Shown: positions 1-5,796 of the stretch, one piece after another
Layout: each line of letters starts with the position of its first letter
Position numbering within the stretch: position 1 is the stretch's first letter
Assembly (NCBI GenBank): GCA_048938005.1
Contig: JBHLMQ010000074.1
Span: 1 to 12,189, forward strand
Direction of reading: 5' to 3'
DNA: 12,189 nucleotides
From: Promethearchaeota archaeon
GTDB taxonomy: Archaea > Asgardarchaeota > Lokiarchaeia > Sigyniarchaeales > SOKP01
The notes under the pieces: generated by a model
Database searches by the model: none
Told to the model about the DNA's origin: nothing
The model's input: only the letters and a program-made list of their open reading frames with translations
Made by a program: the position numbers and the translations under genes

Positions 1-1
1 G

Positions 2-298
2 AATAAAATCAAATTTAGAGAAAGAACCAGAGTAGTATAAATAGTTATAATTCAAATTATTGCCAAGACCACTGTTTGGTATACATAAGATAGAGGGCTA
101 AAAAATTATACGATTAATGAGATGATTGGACAACCTAATCAATCTGCATGGGATCTCCATACTGATGGAAATATCTGTCTTAGATTTTATGTTCGAAATA
201 GCTTTGGTAATAATTCTTTTACAGAAGTTCGGATCGAAAAGGATACGTCTGCACCTGTTATTACAATTCAGTCACCGCACTTCCTCGGGCTTTGCTAA
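2..298 (+). pseudogene. Decayed remnant of an Ig-like-repeat surface protein
   Basis: Frame 2 reads WYT*DRGLKNYTINEMIGQPNQSAWDLHTDGNICLRFYVRNSFGNNSFTEVRIEKDTSAPVITIQSP. This resembles the WYTLDGG..NYT....INQ.AW....DG.I.I.FY.NDS.GN.......KDT.AP.I.I.SP repeat I recall from lokiarchaeal surface proteins. In-frame stops at 38-40 and 86-88 (TAA where Leu is expected); ends at TAA 296-298. Confidence 0.65.
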
Positions 299-337
299 GA
301 CCTCGTCATCAATGACTATAACTGTTTTCACTACCAT
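272..337 (-). pseudogene. Possible truncated N-terminus of an RHH/VapB-type antitoxin (MVVKTVIVIDDEVLAKPEEVR*)
   Basis: ATG at 337, TGA at 272-274. The KT-x-I-x-IDDE-x-L pattern resembles the start of ribbon-helix-helix antitoxins. Only 21 aa. Confidence 0.25.
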
Positions 338-618
338 AGGAATTATTTTCTAATCTAATCTAAAGCCTTTTTTTCACTAATTTTTTCAAAGGAATTTTCA
401 TGGAAATCAGACTCTGAATTTACCTTTCCAATAAAAAGAAAAATTTAAAATCTTGCTCATGAAGCAAAACATGCATCAAATACTACCGGGCTACACCAAG
501 TCCTCATAGAGAAGTTAATTTATTAAGGAATATATGAAATTTATATTTTTTTCTAAATATGAAATGTGAGTTTAATAAATTGGTAAAAATAATAAAGATT
601 TAAAAATTTGAAATTTCA

Positions 619-1203
619 ATGGTTAAATCTAATTTAAAATTGAATGAGCTTAGTCTAATAACTATAACTTTAATTCAATTAGCTATAGCTACTGCTATTT
701 CCTTAATATTTCAATTTTTAATCCCCTTTTCATGGCACCCGTTAGACAGATTTCTTTATGGTATTAAGCATCATGGAGATCCTGGTACAAATTTAGTAAT
801 TTTTACGATTAGTCAATGGTATTTTTCATTAACATTGGCATGGTTTATTTATCGTGATAATCCCTATATTAATAATTTTCTGATTTATTCGATTGTACCT
901 CTCGGAATCCTTGTTTTTTATGAATTCGTATTTTTATTTCTTTTTTATGATTATATTCATATAGCTCCTTTTATTTTAGATATTTATTTGATTTGGAAGA
1001 AAAGGGAAACACTTTCACAAAAATACACTTTATATATTATTCTAATAAATATTTCTTGGTTATTTTCAGTTTATTTTCTAAAATTGGCATATTATAGTAC
1101 AGATTTACTAATTTACATTAGAAATAATCTCATTTATGTTGCTTTATGGATTATCTTATCATTTTTTTTTAATTCTAAGAGGGGAGATGGATCGAATAAT
1201 TAG
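619..1203 (+). CDS. Hypothetical polytopic membrane protein (about 6 TM helices)
   Basis: 194-aa ORF with ATG start and several long hydrophobic segments; no family recognised. Confidence 0.75.
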   Translation: MVKSNLKLNELSLITITLIQLAIATAISLIFQFLIPFSWHPLDRFLYGIKHHGDPGTNLVIFTISQWYFSLTLAWFIYRDNPYINNFLIYSIVPLGILVFYEFVFLFLFYDYIHIAPFILDIYLIWKKRETLSQKYTLYIILINISWLFSVYFLKLAYYSTDLLIYIRNNLIYVALWIILSFFFNSKRGDGSNN

Positions 1204-1210
1204 ATACTAA

Positions 1211-1705
1211 TTATATTTTTTCACCACACGCTTCACAATATTTAATAGCTGCTGCGTTTTTTAATTCTTTACCGCAATTTGGACAAAAATTAGGTATTTT
1301 TGGTGAAGGAGAACCTTTTTTTAGGGTTTCATATTTAAAAACTTCTCTTTCTTCAATAGAATGTTCAAGTTCAATATTGCAATTATCGCAAAATTTAGTA
1401 TCAACGCGCATGTATTTTCCACATGAAAGACACTTGAACCATAGCTTGAGACCACAATTTCTACAAAATTCACCATATTTACTTACAGGAGCATTACAAC
1501 GAGGGCAAGTTTTCTTTTCTAACCAGAAATAACGAGACATCAATTGAAATATAATAATTAAGAATAATGATATAGGGAATAAGATCCACCAAATTGGATT
1601 GATTAATAGAGACAAAATGATACATAGGGATGTAATTAAAGTAAAAATTAAAAGCCCTATAGCTAAATAACTTTTTTTTTTAGTGCTTCCACTACTAAGC
1701 TTCAC
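1211..1705 (-). CDS. Membrane-anchored double zinc ribbon (DZR-like) protein
   Basis: Two N-terminal hydrophobic helices followed by six CxxC motifs (CPRC/CRNC, CLSC/CDNC, CPNC/CEAC); GTG start. Confidence 0.8.
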   Translation of the reverse strand: MKLSSGSTKKKSYLAIGLLIFTLITSLCIILSLLINPIWWILFPISLFLIIIFQLMSRYFWLEKKTCPRCNAPVSKYGEFCRNCGLKLWFKCLSCGKYMRVDTKFCDNCNIELEHSIEEREVFKYETLKKGSPSPKIPNFCPNCGKELKNAAAIKYCEACGEKI

Positions 1706-1780
1706 AGAAATGCCTTTTTTTATAGTTTAATTTATATGCATTATAATTTTTTTTAAGTTTAAGATATTTGGATAAAAAAA

Positions 1781-1939
1781 TTAATTAATTCTCGTATTGC
1801 AATACGGGCAAACATCTGTATTTTTGTCAATTTCTTCTCCACATGCAAAACAGACTATCTTATTAACTCCATATAGGATCTTATCTTCATCTTTCTTAAG
1901 ATTTTTAACTTCTGATTCATAGTTTTTTTTATCGGACAT
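1781..1939 (-). CDS. Small zinc-ribbon protein, 52 aa (not in the ORF track)
   Basis: Translated by hand: MSDKKNYESEVKNLKKDEDKILYGVNKIVCFACGEEIDKNTDVCPYCNTRIN*. ATG at 1939, TAA at 1781-1783, CxxC-x10-CxxC motif. Confidence 0.8.
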   Translation of the reverse strand: MSDKKNYESEVKNLKKDEDKILYGVNKIVCFACGEEIDKNTDVCPYCNTRIN

Positions 1940-2058
1940 GATTCTAACTTGAAATAGAATTAAACTTAAATAAAGAAATAATGATAAAATTTAATAAAAA
2001 ATTGGAGTCCGATATTTAAGTTCAGTTAAAGATAACAAAATTTAAGAATTTGAATTTA

Positions 2059-2066
2059 TTTATATA
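2059..2066 (+). promoter_or_regulatory. Candidate TATA box for rps30e
   Basis: TTTATATA about 40 nt upstream of ATG 2105. The AT-rich background weakens the call. Confidence 0.35.
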
Positions 2067-2104
2067 TTCATACAATAATTAAAAAATGAGGATAATAGAA
2101 GAAA

Positions 2105-2311
2105 ATGCCTGGTTCACATGGTTCATTAACCAAAGCAGGAAAGGTTAAGATGCAGACTCCGAAAATTGAACGAACAGGAGTAAATTCAAATAAGAAAAAA
2201 CCTCCAAGAGTGCGATTCCGAGAGTTATATGTAGAAAGATTTATCAATGGTCGATTTGGAGGACAACAAGACAGTCTTGGAGCTAAGAGGTCTCAATTTT
2301 CAAGGAAATAA
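2105..2311 (+). CDS. rps30e: 30S ribosomal protein S30e (eS30)
   Basis: Signature HGSLTKAGKVKMQTPK and a basic C-terminal half with PR....LY..RF; 68 aa. Confidence 0.95.
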   Translation: MPGSHGSLTKAGKVKMQTPKIERTGVNSNKKKPPRVRFRELYVERFINGRFGGQQDSLGAKRSQFSRK

Positions 2312-2325
2312 AAATCCTTCTTATT

Positions 2326-4215
2326 TTAAAAGCTTACTCCTATTGTTTGAAGTTGATTTTTTAATTTCTGACCCTGTTTTAAATAAAAAAGAGATTTCTG
2401 TTGATTTATTCCAGAATTTTTATAAAGGTCACTCATTAATAAATTCCATCGTATTCCCCGTTTCATATTACTAATCTTTCTTAATGTTATACGATTCTCT
2501 AGATTCTCCAATAAGTATAAAGCTTTTTTACTATCTCTCCGATAATGAATATAAAATTCAGATAATTCAAGAATTAAATCAATTTGAACTTTGAGAATTT
2601 GTTCATTTTCAAAATTAAGACCTACTGTATCTAAACCTGCTTTTAAAAATTTGTGAGTTAGGGTTAAATTCCCTTTTTTTTTATAAAAAATTCCACGGAG
2701 CAGAAAATAGTGTAATTTTACTTTTAAGTTATTATTACCTATAAGAAAGGCAGTCTTGAAATTAGCTTTGGATTCAACGATATTATTTTGTTCTAAATAA
2801 ATCAAACCAATGTAAATATATGCTAAACCCAGATATTCTTCCTTATTAAATGAAAAATCTTCCTTTTCGAGAAAATTAACTATAACATTAAAATGATTTA
2901 AAGCATTCTGGAAATCTTTTCTTTTGTAATAACCTATTCCTAGCTTATAGTGAATTTTGATAATAAAATTTATTGGAATTTCACCGGATTTAGCAACACC
3001 TAGAGCATTCTGCAAATAATTGAGCGCTGTGTCTTCTTGATTTAAGATCTTTGCTATTTTTCTTAATTTGAGTAAGATCGAAACAACGATTTTTCTTTGT
3101 TGGTTTTTATTAAAAATTTTTAAAGAATCATTAAGTTTTTTTGCTGCTTCTTCAAATCTATAGTTTTTTATTAATTCTTCGGCATCAGTATATTGATTAA
3201 TAGATTCAATTACTTCAAAATTATTTGGTGGTTTATTAAATAAATTATCACGTATAGTGAACAATTCTTTTGCAATTGAGCTTTCATAACTTAATGCTGA
3301 GAATGGGAAATTATTTTGATCTTCTATGAAATTCGGGCTATTATACATCAGTTCTTTTTCAGGGCGAAAATTAATAAATTCCGTTTGATTTAGTTTTGCA
3401 GCTTTAATAATATCTATAAGAGAATTTAAAATGAAACGAGTAAATTTTATCCACTTTTCAACATATACTTCTAATTTGAACTCTGGAATATCATTAAATA
3501 AGTCATTTAAAATATAAGGGGTATAACTTTCAAACAAGCTTCTAATATAAAATTTATTATATTCAATATCTTTAAAATATGTATAATATCCTTTCTCTAA
3601 AATAAAGAATTCATCAAAATTTTCGTCACTTGAAAATATTAAAGTTTCAGAGGTTCTAATTTTTGGAATTCCATATCGTAATTCCCAAGGTATTTTAAAA
3701 CTAGGATTTAAACCTGTATTTTTAAGAGATTCCACTATTCTACTAAATTTTTTATGAGAGAAATCTCCAAATTTATCTCTTTTATTCAACAGTGAGATTC
3801 TTATGCGATTTTGCCATGTATCCTCATTTTCATTTTTGATTAGTTCTGGTATTGCTAAATTTAATAATTTACTGAGTTGATGTGTTTTTCCATCTAAGGG
3901 GAATTCATGTTCACTTGTTAATGATAAAGCAAAATTCCTTAAAGCTTTCATAAAATAAAGAATAACTTTATAAATATTCTGATCCAAGTTCCAAAACTGA
4001 AAAGCTATTGAAAGTTGAAAACTTACTACTTCAAATGGAATAGTTATTCTTACAGGTAAAGTTATTGGGAATTTTATTGTAAAAAGCACTAATTTCTTTC
4101 TTTTTAGACTATATCGAAAATAGTTTTGAATATAGCCTTCTATCTTCCATCCATTCTTTTCAATGAATTCTCTTAAATTCTCGATTTCATTAGAGGAAAA
4201 TGGATTAATTGACAT
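2326..4215 (-). CDS. TPR-repeat protein with an uncharacterised N-terminal region
   Basis: The C-terminal half has TPR-like helical pairs (IHYKLGIGYYKRKDFQNALNHF; LAYIYIGLIYLEQNNIVESKANFKTA; ALNYLQNAL); 629 aa. Confidence 0.8.
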   Translation of the reverse strand: MSINPFSSNEIENLREFIEKNGWKIEGYIQNYFRYSLKRKKLVLFTIKFPITLPVRITIPFEVVSFQLSIAFQFWNLDQNIYKVILYFMKALRNFALSLTSEHEFPLDGKTHQLSKLLNLAIPELIKNENEDTWQNRIRISLLNKRDKFGDFSHKKFSRIVESLKNTGLNPSFKIPWELRYGIPKIRTSETLIFSSDENFDEFFILEKGYYTYFKDIEYNKFYIRSLFESYTPYILNDLFNDIPEFKLEVYVEKWIKFTRFILNSLIDIIKAAKLNQTEFINFRPEKELMYNSPNFIEDQNNFPFSALSYESSIAKELFTIRDNLFNKPPNNFEVIESINQYTDAEELIKNYRFEEAAKKLNDSLKIFNKNQQRKIVVSILLKLRKIAKILNQEDTALNYLQNALGVAKSGEIPINFIIKIHYKLGIGYYKRKDFQNALNHFNVIVNFLEKEDFSFNKEEYLGLAYIYIGLIYLEQNNIVESKANFKTAFLIGNNNLKVKLHYFLLRGIFYKKKGNLTLTHKFLKAGLDTVGLNFENEQILKVQIDLILELSEFYIHYRRDSKKALYLLENLENRITLRKISNMKRGIRWNLLMSDLYKNSGINQQKSLFYLKQGQKLKNQLQTIGVSF

Positions 4216-4381
4216 AAACCAATTGCTCTTAAGTTGTTAATGTTCTCAGAGACTTGTATGTTCTTATATAACTAATAGTGATTTTAAATATTAAATTTTG
4301 TATTACGATTCAAATAAAGATTTAATAGTTAGAATTTATTTGTTAAAGTTGTATCTTTAAGATGAAACAAGAGATTCCATT

Positions 4382-5038
4382 ATGGATATTACACGATTTA
4401 ATAAAGAGTTAGGAACAAAAATAGCAAGAGCAAAAAGATTTGAAAAAAATAATGATATCAAAGCTGCAATACAGTTATGGTTAGAAATATCTGAAATGAC
4501 GCTTAACTTTTCGAAATCTCGAAATATAGACTCATCATTTAGAAATATGCTTATCAATAGAACGAAAAGTATTTTTGAACATATAAAAAACTTAAAAACG
4601 GGCCAATTTGAAGAAGAAGTATATGTGGAAGATTTCATATCTCAAGAAGAAACTGCTCAAGTAGAATCTTCATCTGATATAGTTCAAGGTGAGAGCACAC
4701 CTTTACAAGAGCAAGAAGTAAGGGAAATAAAAGATTTAAATTCAACTACAAGTAGTAATCATAAAATTATAGAAGATTCTGAATTTAAGAACTTACCTAA
4801 AGGATTTAAAGAAATTGAACCCTCTAAAAACTTTAAAATAATTACCCCTCATGATAAAGATATAGGGATTTTTAAATCTAAAAAACAAAAAGATCCAGGA
4901 GAAAATCTTAAAACACAAAAGATGGTTGATTTTGACGAGCCTAAAAATGGTAAATATTTGATTTGTTTTGCATGTGGGTATGATAAAAATTCGGTTAAAG
5001 ATAAAATCTGTAAAAATTGTGGAACAAAGTTGAATTAA
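4382..5038 (+). CDS. MIT-domain-like protein with an acidic linker and C-terminal zinc ribbon
   Basis: The N-terminal ~72 aa follow an MIT-like three-helix pattern (IARAKRFEKNNDIKAAIQLW...RNMLINRTKSIFEHIKNLK). An E/S/Q-rich linker leads to C-terminal CFAC...CKNC. The CDS is secure; the MIT assignment is moderately supported. Confidence 0.7.
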   Translation: MDITRFNKELGTKIARAKRFEKNNDIKAAIQLWLEISEMTLNFSKSRNIDSSFRNMLINRTKSIFEHIKNLKTGQFEEEVYVEDFISQEETAQVESSSDIVQGESTPLQEQEVREIKDLNSTTSSNHKIIEDSEFKNLPKGFKEIEPSKNFKIITPHDKDIGIFKSKKQKDPGENLKTQKMVDFDEPKNGKYLICFACGYDKNSVKDKICKNCGTKLN

Positions 5039-5050
5039 AAGGTAAATTCC

Positions 5051-5746
5051 TTACTTTATTTTAATAGTAATATCAAAAAAAGATTCCTTTTTGTTATCCG
5101 AAATATAAATTTGGTCAATATTGCATAAAACATCTCTTTTTAACGCTCTATTGAGTATTCCTTCAGAAATACCACACATGATATAAATATGGTATATGAA
5201 ATCATCAGTATTTTCTAAAAATATTGAGTTTTTAAATCTATATGTTGCTATTTTACCTTCTTGATCTATTGTTAGAATAGTAATCTCAATATTTGGTTGA
5301 AATATATCATAGGCAGAGTAAAAGCTCTTAAAACTTTCTAAATAAATTCTAGATATTGGGGAATCTTTTATACTCTTCAATTGCTTTATAATACTCGGTC
5401 CAAATGGAAATTTTATATCTTTTGAAGCCTCCTTGCCAATTTTTTTTGCTATTTCATTATTATTTGGAAAATACTTTTTAAATTTCGACAAAAGAGCTTT
5501 ATAATACGAAATAGCCGTATCAAAAGGGATAAATTTTTCTTTTTTCGCAAAATATAATTTATATGCACCAACATTCTTACTAAATATTTGATTTGTGCGT
5601 TCAAGGCTAAGTACATATTTGGAAACTGTATTTCTTGAAAATTTTGTAAGTTTAGCTATGTCTGAGGTTGTAACTCCTCCAGGATTATCTCTAATACATT
5701 CTAAAATTACAAATTCATGATCAATTGTATTTTTTTTATTTGTCGT
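5051..5746 (-). CDS. Winged-HTH + V4R/TRAPP-like domain transcriptional regulator (231 aa if started at ACG 5746)
   Basis: The ORF-track frame (TTG 5491) stays open for 85 more codons and encodes ILECIRDNPGGVTTSDIAKLTKFSRNTVSKYVLSLERTNQIFSKNVGAYKLYF (wHTH). The C-terminal AKKIGKE...YRFKNSIF...IMCGISEGIL is V4R-like. An SD-like AGGAGTGA lies 7 nt before the ACG. Confidence 0.8.
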   Translation of the reverse strand, partial: TTNKKNTIDHEFVILECIRDNPGGVTTSDIAKLTKFSRNTVSKYVLSLERTNQIFSKNVGAYKLYFAKKEKFIPFDTAISYYKALLSKFKKYFPNNNEIAKKIGKEASKDIKFPFGPSIIKQLKSIKDSPISRIYLESFKSFYSAYDIFQPNIEITILTIDQEGKIATYRFKNSIFLENTDDFIYHIYIMCGISEGILNRALKRDVLCNIDQIYISDNKKESFFDITIKIK

Positions 5747-5753
5747 AAATATT

Positions 5754-5761
5754 TCACTCCT
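5754..5761 (-). promoter_or_regulatory. Shine-Dalgarno-like site (AGGAGTGA) of the regulator gene
   Basis: Lies 7 nt upstream of the in-frame ACG at 5746. Confidence 0.55.
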
Positions 5762-5796
5762 ATGAGAATTGTATTTATTAAAAAAAATAGTGTCTT

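Noticed and set aside
126-353. 75-aa ORF in the track
   Set aside because: Alternative frame over the Ig-repeat remnant; no recognisable features.
449-527. HExxH-like motif (LAHEAKHA) in a short frame
   Set aside because: Bounded by stops with no start codon; too short to separate from chance, though it could be further gene debris.
2247-2474. 75-aa + strand ORF
   Set aside because: Overlaps rps30e and is antisense to the TPR gene; shadow ORF.
591-4325. Identical 13-mer aataaagatttaa at 591-603 and 4313-4325, upstream of two + strand genes
   Set aside because: Explained as a generic BRE/TATA-like sequence or chance in AT-rich DNA; not evidence of a specific regulon.
4357-4638. 93-aa - strand ORF
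   Set aside because: Antisense shadow of the MIT-like gene.
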